Source: Podarcis pityusensis (lineage: Eukaryota). From it: a DNA stretch of 64,000 nucleotides. The stretch lies in assembly GCA_964106645.2 (NCBI GenBank), contig OZ067044.1; one strand, 5' to 3'. Position 1 is the first letter of the stretch; each line of letters begins with the position of its first letter. The position numbers and the translations under genes are program-made. Below, one piece after another: positions 9,784 to 23,287 of this stretch. Under the pieces are notes generated by a model. That model was not told the DNA's origin. It worked only from the letters and a program-made list of their open reading frames with translations, and did not search any database.

Positions 9784-9919
9784 TAGGTAGAGGCAAACTC
9801 GGCCCTCCAGATGTTTTGGGACTACAACTCCCATCATCCCTGACCACTGGTCCTGTTAGCTAGGGATGATGGGAGTTATAGTCCCAAAACATCTGGAGGG
9901 CCGAGTTTGCCTATGCCTG
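9784..9919. mobile_element. palindromic hAT-derived MITE
   Basis: ~51-bp near-perfect inverted arms (9791-9841 / 9862-9912); degraded relatives at ~23370-23460 and ~42455-42550. Confidence 0.8.
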
Positions 9920-10064
9920 GTCTAGGACCAGCACTTAATCGCTTCCTATCAAGGGTTAAAATACTGCCAGAATCCTTCCTCCAACCAGACTTGATGATGG
10001 GTCAGTAAGGCCTCAATTCTGGCAATGAAAAGTCCAAACTTCCAGGAATAGTGGGCAATGCCAG

Positions 10065-10815
10065 CAGTGTTAGAAACTGAGATATGAAAGCTAGGAGCAA
10101 AATGACACCTTAAACCTAGGTTATGGGAGCAACAACGGAATGCCTAGGTATGCTTTTTTATAACAAGATTAAAAAGGTAAAGGGACCCCTGACCATTAGG
10201 TCCAGTCGTGACCGACTCTGGGGTTGTGGCGCTCATCTCGCTTTATTGGCCAAGGGAGCCGGTGTACAGCTTCCGGGTCATGTGGCCAGCATGACTAAGC
10301 CGCTTCTGGCGAACCAGAGCAGCGCACGGAAATGCCATTTACCTTCCCGCTGGAGCAGTACCTATTTATCTACTTACACTTTGGCGTGCTTTTGAATTGC
10401 TAGGTTGGCAGGAGCAGGGACCGAGCAACGGGAGCTCACCCCATCGCGGGGTTTCGAACCGCCGACCTTCTGATCGGCAAGTCCTAGGCTCTGTGGTTTA
10501 ACCCACAGTGCCACCCATAACAAGATTACAAAGCTGAAAATGAATGAACTGCAGCTAAAATATTATGTTCATTTTTCCCATGGCCTAGTCCTTCCCCTGC
10601 CCACCCCCCCTAATATTCTTAAGAGGGTCTCTTCTCCATTCTTCAGAGAGTAGCTGGAAATGGGGAGGCAGAAAAAGTTCCTCCTTTCTTTCCACTCTGC
10701 AGTTTTAATCTAAAATATTGGTCACAGTGCTGCGCCCCAGAGCTCAGAAATTGCTTGCCCTAATGAAATCTCCTGTCGCAAAATGCGTCTAGAACAATGG
10801 GAGTTTTGAACACTG
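10065..10815. mobile_element. hAT non-autonomous element (~390 bp) interrupted by a Sauria SINE
   Basis: TIR cagtgttagaaact / agttttgaacactg, perfect 8-bp TSD aatgccag; homologous to 43429-43817. Confidence 0.9.
10172..10516 (-). mobile_element. Sauria SINE, full length, nested in the hAT element
   Basis: Reverse complement of the 1135-1484 family; perfect 12-bp TSD ataacaagatta. Confidence 0.93.
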
Positions 10816-13504
10816 AATGCCAGGTAACTTGAAAAACACATAGTCAAAGTACTGGACAGTTTCTGAGCCACTGTTCTTGTGGCCTATAAGAGGCAGTGCC
10901 CTGGAAGCAAAAGGGTAACTTTAGGGGACTAGTGTTGTATGTGGGGAGGGTAGGAGTTCATATGTTGCCCAGACAATGCCTGGCATCTGGACCTCACTGG
11001 GAGCTATAAGTGCTTCCTTGGAGAACATTTTTCCTGCTTCCAATGGGTTAAGGGGCAAGTAGCTGTCCTCCCTCTTAAGTCTAGACTCAGACTTTGCCCA
11101 AGTCCAGGAAAAGTGCTCTGTTGTAAAACCTGATACAAGGTGGCTGTGTAAGGCTGGATTGTGCAGCTATGGATTCCTGCAAGCTCCCCATGAAAGGGAA
11201 CCATTTTCAACATTCAACAGAACTGTATTTCAGTATTTATAAGCTCTGTTGAAGGTTCACCATTGCCAGGGGCTCCCTGGGACTTCACACAAGTTTTGAG
11301 GAGTCACCTTTTCTACCTATTACTTTTATTCCCTGTTACTAGATGGCTCCCAGGGTTGGAAAAACACAGTGACAGAAAACAAACATATTCCAGTTTTTCT
11401 TTCAATATACCCAGTAAACAATTTAAAGTGTGGGAGACAAATTTCACTTCTTTATTTAAAAAGCTCCCAAGCTGAATACCAACTTTACGAAACAGACCAC
11501 AGTCACTGACAAGTAGATACTGAAAAGAATACCCCCTTTCATAAAAAGTTTGTCAGTGTGAGCTGATAAAGAGGTAAACATTACAACATTATTGGAAGTG
11601 GTGATTGTGCATTTCTTATATAATTATAAGTATTAACAGTTCACTGGCAGCTTGCTTTTCTCGCAGCCAAGGGAGGGGCAGTCAAATGAAGTGAGCCAGA
11701 AACGATTCTATAAGAGACAGTGAGCAAAACAACAAACTGGCTAGTAGATTTCAGTGTTTTATTTCCAATCTGTTTTTCATTTCAGCTAGGTCTAGAATGT
11801 GTAATAATTTTTTTAAAAAAAATGTTTACGCCATCAGTGTTGTTGGAGAGCCTTTTGTGCTGTTAGCCTAATTATATGTCACAATCGTTGCAGTACAATA
11901 AAATTTTGCATTAACAAGGCACTTGGCAACCTCTGTTGTAGATACATAATGGATCCAGAAGACTGAGCATTTGGTAAACAACAAAAAGCTAAGCTTTAGG
12001 ACAAATATTACTTGTGATTGTATTCTTACATCTAAGAATGTAAAACTTGGGGACTTGGATGATGGGCAGTGCAATCCAGAAGGGGTAGGATGGGGGTGAG
12101 GAGAAATGAAGGGGAATACACTGTTCTTGCCAAGAGGGCAGAAGGGATGTGTTTTCCCCTTTCTCCTTTTTGTGGTTTTTTTTTGGGGGGGGGCATAAGG
12201 AAGTTTCTCTGCCATAGATTTTAATGGAAGGGAAATAATCCAGTTCCAAAGGTGTGTCAGACAAATCATGGGGCTGTAGATCCTGCAAATCCACAGCTTC
12301 TTCTGACATGCCCTCAGATTGTATCCTTTTTGTCCTCTCTGATAGCAGTTGAACATTGGAGAGGAATAGGCCATGGAACTTTTCACAGCCTCATGGAAAA
12401 TGCATCTGATGTCAGATCTCCTTGTCCAAGGGCAGATCTGTCTCTCTATCTATTGCTGGAGAGGAAAATCTAGTACTTCTCCTGGGAGTACTGCACTGCA
12501 ACATAAATTTCCTGGATGCAACACCAGCTACAAAGCAGAGACAGGGCCAATGTAGCATGGGTCCAGGGACCAAGAAACTGCTTTTGGGGGCAAACAGGAG
12601 ATAGAGACACTCAGCCCAGCCATCCCCCTCTGAAGGGGAGGGGGAAAAGGCCCAAAAAAGCTTATTCCTCACCAGACTGCTGCACATGTTGTGTTGGTGC
12701 ATCTGGCAGCTTTACTGCTACAATTGTTTTAACTGTTTTTAATTTGTGTGGGGTTGTTGTTGATTGTTTTTATGGAGGGAGGGGAGATATGCCTGAGAGG
12801 AGAGGAGCTGGGGAGAGCAGGGGGGCCCACTCACAGTGGTTCAGGGTAGGGGGAGGTATGGTATGGGAAGTGGGGCAGCCTGGGTAAAGGGCACACAGCA
12901 CAAGCAGTTAGTGACTGTGCTAACCCCTTTTCCAATCTGGGGAATTGCGGTGAATTGCATTCTGCCCAGTCTTCTGACTCTCACTTCACTAACAGTGGGC
13001 TGTGATAGGAGGACATCCCTCTCTTTCCTCTCCCCTTGGCTGAGGAACATTCTAGCAACCACTTATTCCCTGAAAATGTAAACCTCCCAATGGTTTCTGG
13101 GTGCAGCATTAGCCAGACACAGCTGCCTCTTTATCAAAAAAAACTAGGCCAACCAAGAGCCTCCCACCCGGTGGGCAACACTGCATCAGGCAAAGGGTGG
13201 CAAGCCATATTCTTCCAGTGAGTCTCTGCTGTTTGTAGTGGAGCACCACTTCAGGCTTTATCTGGCCTTCTGAGTTCCATCCGGGAGTTTAAACCTGTCT
13301 TTTGCTCCGCTAGCTCCTTTGCAATACAATGGTATTGCTGAGAAACATTTTACGCCAGAGATCTTCTAAGAGGTGTTAGTTTTGGTGTATAAAGTCCCAA
13401 CCAGCTTGAGACAAGGGTATCTGACACCACCTTCTTCTGTATAGAGCTGCCCAAGTCACTGCAGTCTGTGGTCCTGAATTACACAGTCTCTGCTTAGTGT
13501 AGTG

Positions 13505-13815
13505 GTGGTGGGTGGTTTTCTCTGTTGTGGTGCCTACCATATGGAATGTTCTCTCTTCTGAGATCAGGCAAGCACCAACAGGTAGGTCTTCAACTGATGT
13601 TTCCACCATCAGTCGAGGACCTACCTGTTCCCCCAGGCTTTCAGTGATCCTTAACATTATTAGTTCTGGTTCCCAATGCCCTCATTCATTGTGGTGATTT
13701 GACTAATTCTATTGATGATTATTTTTATTCGTTGTTGCTATGCTTTATTATTGTGTGAGCTGCTTTGGTATTTCTTTTCGTAAATGAAAAGTGGTATAGA
13801 AATATTTGAATGAAT
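13505..13815 (+). mobile_element. L2-like LINE 3' fragment
   Basis: FSVVVPTIWNVL..EIR motif and 3' tail similar to 29988-30420; boundaries approximate. Confidence 0.6.
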
Positions 13816-15179
13816 AGTTAAGCTGTAAATAGGAGGATCCACTTCATTTGCCAATTTGCACTACAAAATTCCCGTTTCTTTATTTTTACAACCTTGTGTT
13901 TTATGATTTGGCTATGCTGAGGTAAAGGTATAGATACAGGGTCCATCATTATTTTTCCATTAAGATAACCAAACAAATATTTCAATTTCTTGTAGTTAAA
14001 ATGAATAATAAGTTGAATAGAAATACACTTCTCCAGCAAATGAGTACCACTGTGATTGTCGGGTGTTTTTTTAAAAGTGCTGCTACTTCAGTGAACACAT
14101 CATTTCTGCAATCTCTTCAGACACCCAGGCATGCCAAGAGCTAATTAACTAGATGACAACTGCAAGAAGTGGAAACATAATTCACAAGGTTTTTTTGAAT
14201 AACTGCAAGGTGTTTAATTTGAATAAAAGAAGAATTAAGCATCAGTAGTTAGAAATGATAGCAGCAGGTAGCATGCCTATATCTGAAAAGGGGTGTTGTT
14301 GTTTTTTACAGAAAGTGCAGGCAGTCTGAAAGCTGTAGATTGAAACTGGAAATTAGATTTAATTGGTGGGAGCAGTTATAAAAGGCATTTTCACATAGCC
14401 TAGAGTGTGGCATTTTATTACCAAGCTCAGCCATGTATAAAGAACTACTTGATTAAGTCAAGTACAACAGGTGCCCTGATCCTCAGACACAGAGGAGGGC
14501 CTGGTGTGGTGAAGGGATACCAAAGAAGGATGTCAAAAAATGCCTGAATGGCCAATTCTACTACTTTATCAAAGAAAGATGTAAACTTGCAACACAACCC
14601 GTGAAGTCCTGCTACCTTTACAGATCTTGGGGTGGACGCCGAAGCAGCAAGCAGTCATCATGACTTGTCTGCACCCGGGGAAGCATTTAGGCATTACTTA
14701 TAATACAAAAGCCAGCTATGTAAGCTGGCACCAACAGGCCCATTATCCCACTTCCTTGCTTGGAGGTCCCTTCCCAACTCTCATCCATCTCCCACATAAG
14801 GGAGTAGCTGGCTGGTAGCCAGTGTGAGAAGCCTCCCCTCTCCTGACTAGCTAAGTGTCCCAAGCCCATAGATAAACATAGCATCAAAGCAAGCCAATTA
14901 GCATATATCAAAGCAAGTGAGTAAACATATTCTTGCAGTAACTAACAGTTAGTCCTAGGCTTGAATACCAAGATGACATTTACAGGCTTTCTGAAACACT
15001 TCCATCATTTGGTTCTACGCAACAGGCTTCATATATTCAATACTGTCGATTTTGGGACAAGTATTTTGTGAAACAAGGTTTCACAATAAAACAACAAGGT
15101 TTCACAATAAAACAACAAGTACAAGTATTTTGTGAAACAAGGTTTTAACAATAAAACATTGTTACAATTAACAGCAGTT

Positions 15180-15390
15180 AGTTTATGATTTATATGCCAC
15201 CTCTATCTTCCAATAATCTCAGGGTGGCGTACATGGTTCTCTTCTTCACAACAACCTTGTGAGTTTGGTTAGGCTAAGAGATGGTGACTGGCCCAAGATC
15301 ACCAAGTGAGCTTCACGGCTGAGTGGAGATTCAAACCCTACTCTCCCAGGTCCTAGACCAACACACTAACAATTATACCACACTTGTTCT
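15180..15390 (-). mobile_element. CORE-type tRNA SINE (MIR/Squam3-like), degraded
   Basis: cacaacaaccttgtgag...gtgactggcccaagatcacc...gattcaaaccc. Confidence 0.65.
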
Positions 15391-16299
15391 TTCCAATTTA
15401 GACATAAAAATAATTAAGATTTCCTCTTCATGGCCATATTAAAGAAAGAGAGGGGACAAGACAGCATACATGCCCAAGGTCTCAGCAGCTCATTTCCATG
15501 ATGCTAAGCTATTGTTTAGTGCTACATCCAAACTCTGCTGGTGTTGTGAGTCCCTAGTTAGCCCCCACCTGCTGGGTTGGCAGAATGAGCTAAATTACAT
15601 AAGCATGAGCAGATCTGGGGTCATAGAGTCATAGTAATGGTTCTACATATTACTGCGTGTTAGCTGCCATATTTATTATAGGAGAAATTGTTATTTTTAT
15701 TATATTAACTTGTAGCACAAGTACCGTACATTCTAAAATTAAAATTGTTTAATTTGAGGAAATCAAAAGATTTTCAGACACCACGGCCTTTTACCTATTC
15801 AGTATTAGCGTCTTATGGCTCTAATGCCAACAGCAGGAGTACAGCACATTTAAACAGCATCTCAAAAAAATGAAATGAAAAGGCTACTTTTAGTTATCTT
15901 ACACATTTATGTGTGATGAAAATGGGATTGTTAAGATGCTGTCTGTGTCAAGAGTTATTTTCAGCTTTTTGTATTCCATCATCACACTTTGATTTCGCAA
16001 TGCACATCGCAATCAGATGAAAGATAGTTAAAACCAACACAGATAAGAATAGAAACCTATTCATAGTAATGCACAGGAAAGAAAAGGAAGCTATTCACAT
16101 ATTGATACAATTGTTTAGAAGAACTTGTAATGGGGTAAATAATAATAATAACAATAGTAATAATAGACTTATTAGTCACTTATTACAAAAAAGTCTCTAT
16201 ATGACCCTCTGTCATCCAGTAGCATTTCTCTGTCTTCTACATTTTCTTGTTCTTCCTCTTACTTCAGACATAGCTATAGAAACCTTTTGTTAATTATTT

Positions 16300-16690
16300 T
16301 TAACCTCTCTTGCAAGCCTGAGCTCATTCGGAGCTTTGGCCCATCTGACATTCATCCTGCAACTGTTTGTTACACATTCCTCCTTCATGAGCTCCTCTTT
16401 CTTCCATTTCTTATACATGCTCTTCTTAAATCTCCGCTCATCTGTAAGCTTTGTATGCAGTCACACTAGTTTCTTTAGATATCTCCCACTTTTCTTTCTT
16501 GTTGGAATTGTCTGCATTTGTACCTTCAATAGTTCACCTTTAAGAAATTCCCATCCGTCTTGGACTGTCTTCTGACCATGGGATCTCACCAGCAGTTCCT
16601 TAAGCTTTTTGAAATTGGCCTTCGTAAAGTTCAGAGCGCACGTCTTACTACACTCAGTTTTCCCTTGCTTTTGTACCATGAAACCCAGGA
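16300..16690 (-). mobile_element. CR1 LINE ORF2 internal fragment
   Basis: LNFTKANFKKLKELL...QDGWEFLKGELLKVQMQTIPTRKK is typical CR1 ORF2 sequence between EN and RT. Confidence 0.75.
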
Positions 16691-18636
16691 GGACATGAAC
16701 ATTTCCTCCCAAGTTTCCCAGAGATGGACATGGCTAGGCTGCAATATGCAGGTATGGAAGAAGAAATGATCACAGATGACAGTGAGACAAGCATACAGAG
16801 AACAAGAATTATACAGACTCTTATTTTCAAGGTATCTGGTAAAAAGAGGAAGTAATCCCACTCGCTGTTAATCTCTGATCATTTCCTAAAGAGACACCCT
16901 AATTGAAAAACAAAAGAAAAACCTTTTGGTAATCAATGATTAAATTGTTACAGCCACTTTGGCAATTCTGACCACAAGTTTAACATGTGAGAAAAATAGA
17001 AATCATCTAAATGCCACCTAAATAGAAATTAATTGAACATTAAGCAACTCCAAATGATTATGCCGTGACAAAATGATTTGCTAGATACTGCAGGTTATGA
17101 ACAATAACTGTCTCTCTGACAGGATCCCACTTCAAGTGTAAATTAGAATCAGTGATAAATTCTTCACTCAGCTGCTTTATTGATTACACTCTGAATGTGT
17201 TTCTGAAATACAAGCATAGGGTTTTGTTATGTCACCTTCTCTTCTTAATTATTTAGAATAATACTAGAATGCTTTTTTAAAAAATAATTTAATTTTTAAA
17301 AATTTACTCAGCATTGCCACCATTAGCATTTCTAGTGCGTGTCCCGGGGGCGTGGCGCGCATTTTCTAGTGCGGAAGGAAACCATTCACAGGAAATACAG
17401 CACAAATAACCTGGCAGTGGAAAACTGGCATACGTACAGTGTGATAAAATCCCTTGTCTAGATTTGACCCACAAGTGATCACACTGAACTGGATAAGCAA
17501 GAAAAAGAGACTTTTTTAAAAAGAGAGAAAAGGTGCTTTAATTGCAGGGAGAAAACAACCTTATATTAAGGATACTTTCTACCATGTCTCTAGTTGATAT
17601 TATTTCATAATAAGTTAGCATTATGTGTTTAAAAACATTATTGCACATGCACTCTCCTCTTCACCCAATTCTCTCCAATCATTTTGCTCAGGTGGCAAAG
17701 CATAGCACGGAAGGCCCACATACAGAGAGCACTAATGGGTTTTCTTGAGCCCAAAGAGAAGTTTCATAACAAATCACATAAATTATTCTGCTCTAAACTT
17801 CAATACTGTCAAGATCAGTTCATGCTGTCAAATTGGCAAGGTAAAATGTAAGCTGTAGATTTACTTTTAAAAACAAACCACACAAACGGTCGGCTCATCT
17901 AGCCCAAGTTAATTTCCATTTCAAAATTATGAATGTGCTCCAACTGCGATAAGCAATTCCTTTTTTAAAAGAAATAAGTTTTTTCAGTTTTATGATGCAG
18001 TTCACTGAGAAGAAAACAGTGGTTCCAGCTACTGTGCACTGTCATTCAATGCAATGGGGTGGTAATGCACGTACAGAAGGGAGCATGTCGGCAATTCACA
18101 GGGCTTTAAATATTTTATACCTTCACCATTTATTAACTCTCTCAGTCAGCTATGGAAAGAAATCAGGATGCAGTCATCTGAGTGGAGCAGTCATTGATGA
18201 AGTTAAATTGCATGCAGAATGTATCAGCGAAAGCTGCTGAGTTTTCTGTGAAAATATAAACCCAAAGTAAGCCACAATTTCATAGAACTTGGCATTCAGC
18301 CCCAGGAGTGTCACCACTGACCAGTCTCCACCAGAAACACCACAAACCCTTCACTACATCTCAGCTGGTAGCAGCTCTCCTCTTTTATGATATTGTCATC
18401 CACACAGCCATGCACTTTCAGGATGAAAAAAAACCCTGAAGATCTTGTTTGAGGTGCTAAGGAAATTTTGCTGCTGATTTTTCCAGAACTGATTAAAATA
18501 AACAGTAAGCTAAGAACAGATTAAAACAAGACAGGTCCCTGCTAAAGCTTTTTGTAAAGTAAGATTTTTTTTTCATTTCAGCAGGCAATTATTGTATAGT
18601 TTTTGAGCTCACTATTTGGGATTCTTACTGTGTTAA

Positions 18637-19285
18637 TGCCATGAACTGGCAGGACTAATGGGGAGGAGCAAGAGGATCCTGGCCAGGGGTGTAGCTGGGA
18701 CTGGGACACACCAGAGCAAGCAGGGGATAGGGATGAAAATACGGGGTGATGGAGGATGGCAAGTGGATGGGGGTCAGTGCACAGGAACCAGAGCAGCAGG
18801 ACCCATCACCAGAGCCACAGGAGTCCCTGTCCCAAAAACATGGCAAGCTCTGAGGTGTAGGGAGCAGCAGGAGGGGTTCTCTAGGAGGCTGAGGCAGGCA
18901 AGGGCCCAGAGCCCAGCTCCCTAGTAGCTGGACAGGTGGGGCTCACTAGCTCTGGGAGGATGTGTGATTCCTCATCTGGAGTAGGCTCTGAACAGGTGAG
19001 GGTCACACACCTTATCAAGCCCTGATGCTGCAATCAGCAGGTAAAACAGACCTGAGATGTTGTGTCTGTTCAACTGCCCATGTTGATAGACCTTGGCTTG
19101 GATGCTCCTGGACCGTATCCTGATTGCTGGGCTTAACCTGACTACTTGGACTGACCCTGGATTGCATTTCCTGACTGTTGGACTTTGGACTTGACACACT
19201 GACTGGCTGGACCTGTGTGGATTGACCCCTAGACTTTGGACTTGGCATACTGACTTGCTGCCAGGTAGGCCAGAGGGTCAGAAGA
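18637..19285. mobile_element. possible degraded solo LTR
   Basis: GC-rich ~650-bp block starting TG, with reiterated ttggac(t) motifs near its end; flanks gttaa/attaa resemble a TSD. Confidence 0.35.
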
Positions 19286-20368
19286 ATTAATGCTATCATC
19301 CATTGTTATTTTTAGTAACTTTGTTGCATCATTTTTTAATGATTTCTGGATTTTTAAAAATGAGTGCTGTTAGCCACTCTTTCTCAGCAGAGAAGCAGAA
19401 AAAACAAATATACTTTAAGATACCCAAGTTAAAATGTCACTCCAATGTTGAGAGTGTCTCATAGTTTAGAAGCTCCAGATACCTTACATTGGCAGGATCA
19501 TTGCTCTTTATTCAAAATTAGTAAGTTTTTTCACTCAATTTATGAATGAAGACTGAAAATTCACCTGCTCAAGAGTAGTTTCAGTAGTGATCTACTCTAG
19601 ACAAAGTAGTGTCAAGATGAGGCATCACAATGTCAGCGGAAGATGTTTCATGTTTTCAAACCCAAAGGTAGTCCTAGAATAACTACTAATATTGTGTCAG
19701 TTCCATACCTTATACATTTTCTGCCAAGAGAACATTAATAGCTCCAGGCATTTGACAATGGCCTTTGCAAGCTGAGCTGCTTTATAACAGTTACAGCTTT
19801 TTGCTGTCTTTTGTCATGAATGCAACCAGGCATTAGAAGAGAGAAGCGCAGAGGCCAAGACAATAACAAAAGGCATGGCACTGTTGTATATTTAACACTC
19901 ATGTCTTTGTTTGTTTGTTTGTTTTAAAATCTATTTATTGTGAACAAATTGGTCCTCCAGATGTGGCATTTGTTTCTGTGTGTATGTTGGTGCCCGCACA
20001 CATTCAAAGTTGCACATATATTACATGCTATGCATGTTCCTTCCTATTGACATTGGCATACTCCCTCTCACAGCCCAGGGATTGCTGAACTATATGAATT
20101 CCTCCACTTCTGTATTCTATCTAAGAAGGTGTTTATGGCTGCCACTGCATAGCCACCCCTTCAATAATGGGTTGAGGGCCCCTCCTACATGTATGCCTTC
20201 CTTCTATGCTTGGCTTGAGTGGAAGACTGGCCTCTGTTACAAGATCAACGGTGTGTAGTAAATTTCAACTTTCTACCTGCTGTACAAGTACTTGAACAAT
20301 TTTCATAAAATGAGTCACTCAATGCCTGAATCTATATATACACATAAAGGAGATGCACTGTTTGTATG

Positions 20369-20804
20369 CTTGTTGTTGTTGTTGTTTAGTCATTTAGTCA
20401 TGTCCGACTCTTCGTGACCCCATGGACCAGAGCACGCCAGGCACTCCTGTCTTCCACTGCCTCCCGCAGTTTGGTCAGACTCATGCTGGTAGCTTCGAGA
20501 ACACTGTCCAACCATCTTGTCCTCTGTCACCCCCTTCTCCTTGTGCCCTCCATCTTTCCCAACATCAGGGTCTTTTCCAGGGATTCTTCTCTTCTCATGA
20601 GGTGGCCAAAGTATTGGAGCCTCAGCTTCACGATCTGTCCTTCCAGTGAGCACTCAGGGCTGATTTCCTTAAGAATGGAGAGGTTTGATCTTCTTGCAGT
20701 CCATGGGACTCTCAAGAGTCTCCACCAGCACCATAATTCAAAAGCATCAATTCTTCAGCGATCAGCCTTCTTTATGGTCCAGCTCTCACTTCCATACATC
20801 ACTA
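20369..20804 (-). mobile_element. Bov-B (RTE) LINE 3' fragment
   Basis: VMYGSESWTIKKA...RVPWTARRSNLSILKEISPECSLEGQIVKLRLQYFGHLMRREESLEKTLMLGK; (CAA)n tail. Confidence 0.93.
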
Positions 20805-22925
20805 CCAACTTTAAAAACACATTTTAAAGGCTGCAATCCTAAAAGAACTTTCTGCGTTGCAAGCCCTACTAAACACAATGGGTCTTACTTCTGAGTAACC
20901 ATCATAGGCATGCACTGTTTCTATTTTCATTTTGCAGGATATCTTGGCTATTTTGCCAATTGCCACGTGAGCTCTTGAACTGAGGATTGTCTGGATTTCT
21001 GCCCTTCTCCTCAAAAGCTTTTGTCATTATTAATTATAGGTTGAATTCAACAGTAATTTGCCAAAATAATCTTCCTTTTCATTTGACAGTTATTGAGTCT
21101 CTGCTTTCCATGAAACTTTATTACTTCATATTGCAAATAGAATCAAATTAATCCTCCTGCACTATGTGCAAAAAAGAAAATATCAAATAACATCCAATTC
21201 AAATGCATCATTCATGATGGTTTTATCACATTCCTTTGTTTACAACAGAAATGAGCCTGAGTTTATTATTCCAATTATGACAATGACATGTCAACAAATG
21301 CTCAAGATGAGGAGCGCATTGTGGACATTGAGCCACATCAATTTAATGCAAGTGCTGCCTTCTGATATGCCTGTCATTTAAACCAATATTCTGCAGTGTT
21401 ATGCACTGCCTAGCATAGGTAAAGAGACTGAAAAACTTGGACCTGTTCTTCATCCCACTCTTCCAACACACAAAGGATTTTTTCAAAGAACTGGAATTGG
21501 TTTTTGTCTCATGCCCTGATGATCGGCACCATCAGAGAACAAGATCTTGTTGCATGAAATTGGAGATTAAAACTGCCCCACCGAGCCTTCGTGTGGTTAA
21601 TTTGGACAGTTGCATATGGCTCATCTGATAGCACTCCCTGCATCCCTAACTTTACAAACAGGCACTGAAGATAGGAAAATGATGCCACAGGAATAAATTA
21701 TTCCTTTATCTCTGGTAAAGCCATCTTAGGAGGTGCTCTCACTTGCTCAGATTTAACAATGCACTGAATAATAATAACTGTCATATTTTGAGATAAAACT
21801 GAGGCCATAAAAGAATAATGATCCACCTATGGTGGTATAAGAATTTAATACATTGGTTCTACCAGTATAGGACATGTAGTTTTTTGGCCACGGTATCAGC
21901 TTGCTTTTCCTCACTCCAGTTCAATTTCTATCTAAAGCATGTCCAGAATCAACCCAAATGTTCAGGGACTCTTTGGTAAAATGAACTGAGGTAAAATGAA
22001 AGGCTGAGCTGCAATGAAACAAAAGAAATAAAAACAACTTTAAAAGCTGACAACTGTTCACAAATCCAGTATTATTGTTCTGTGTTCTGCCTGTCAAGTG
22101 GTATATTTGCTTCTGAAGATGAAGCAAATAACACTCACAGATCAAGGTTCAATGACCCAGCCTTGTCATTTTCATCTTAATTCTGACTTCTGTTATTCTC
22201 CAACATCTTGCCATTTTTTCTTGGCTTGAAGAAATCTATTCCATGAGACAAATCTCATTTTCCTTCTCTAAATTATTCAGGTTACATTACAGCTTTCCCC
22301 TTTTTCAAATCAGGAAAGAGCACAAGAGAATCTATACTCTGTTTCCTAATGTTACCCTGAAGACAGAGATAAAGCCTATCTAGGTCTTATCTGTTTTTCT
22401 GTTGTTCTTGGAATGACTGTACAGTTCATTATATAGTTTGATGCTATTATCCTAGCTTTCCAGTATTCTCTATGGTCCGTTCACTCAGCTCAACAAGTTA
22501 TTAAACTCTAAGTAGTCAAATGAGGCTATTCTCATTTGTAAATCTGTGTGAGCTTTAAGTGTTGAAAATTTACACTCACAGCAATAACGATTAAAACAAA
22601 TCCATTAAGGGCAACTTATTGAGATTAGCCCCACATGAATGGAAAGAAGCACTGGGTGTGTCAAACTCTGCCAAAGGGATAAATGAAAAGTTCTGGTATC
22701 TCCCAAGTAGAGATTTTAAAAGACAGAAGTTCTTTATACCAGAAAATACTATTTGTCCATCTAGCCCAATATTGTCTACTCAAGCTCACAGCAGCACTCC
22801 AAGTCTTTCATGTCACCTGCTGCCCGATCCTTTTACCTTTAGTGTCAATGTTCCTGGCTCATCTCATGAACAACAATACTGAGATCTCTGGGCCCCTAGT
22901 TATAGCCGAAGTACCCCCTCCTGTA

Positions 22926-23287
22926 GGGATGTGGGTGGCACTGTGGGTTAAACCACAGAGCCTAGGACTTGCCAATCAGAAGGTTGGCAGTTCGAATCCT
23001 CGCGACGAGGTGAGCTCCCGTTGCTTGGTCCCTGCTCCTGCCAACCTAGCAGTTCGAAAGCACGTCAAAGTGCAAGTAGATAAATAGGTACTGCTCCGGC
23101 AGGAAGGTAAACGGCGTTTCTGTGCACTGCTCTGGTTCGCCAGAAGCGGCTTAGTCGTGCTGGCCACATAACCTGGAAGCTCTACACCAGCTCCCTTGGC
23201 CAATAAAGTGAGATGAGCGCCACAACCCCAGAGTCGGCCATGACTGGACCTAATGGTCAGGGGTACCTTTGCCTTTACCTTTACCTT
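22926..23287 (+). mobile_element. Sauria SINE, full length
   Basis: Family match, (ACCTTT)n tail, perfect 14-bp TSD taccccctcctgta. Confidence 0.94.

Noticed and set aside
9791-9912. Long hairpin resembling a pre-miRNA
   Set aside because: Explained by a palindromic MITE with relatives elsewhere in the window
11868-12386. 172-aa ORF
   Set aside because: No recognisable domain, crosses low-complexity runs and has no splice-site support
12551-13060. GC-rich block, possibly a solo LTR (also ~38350-38740)
   Set aside because: Could not define TG...CA ends with a TSD
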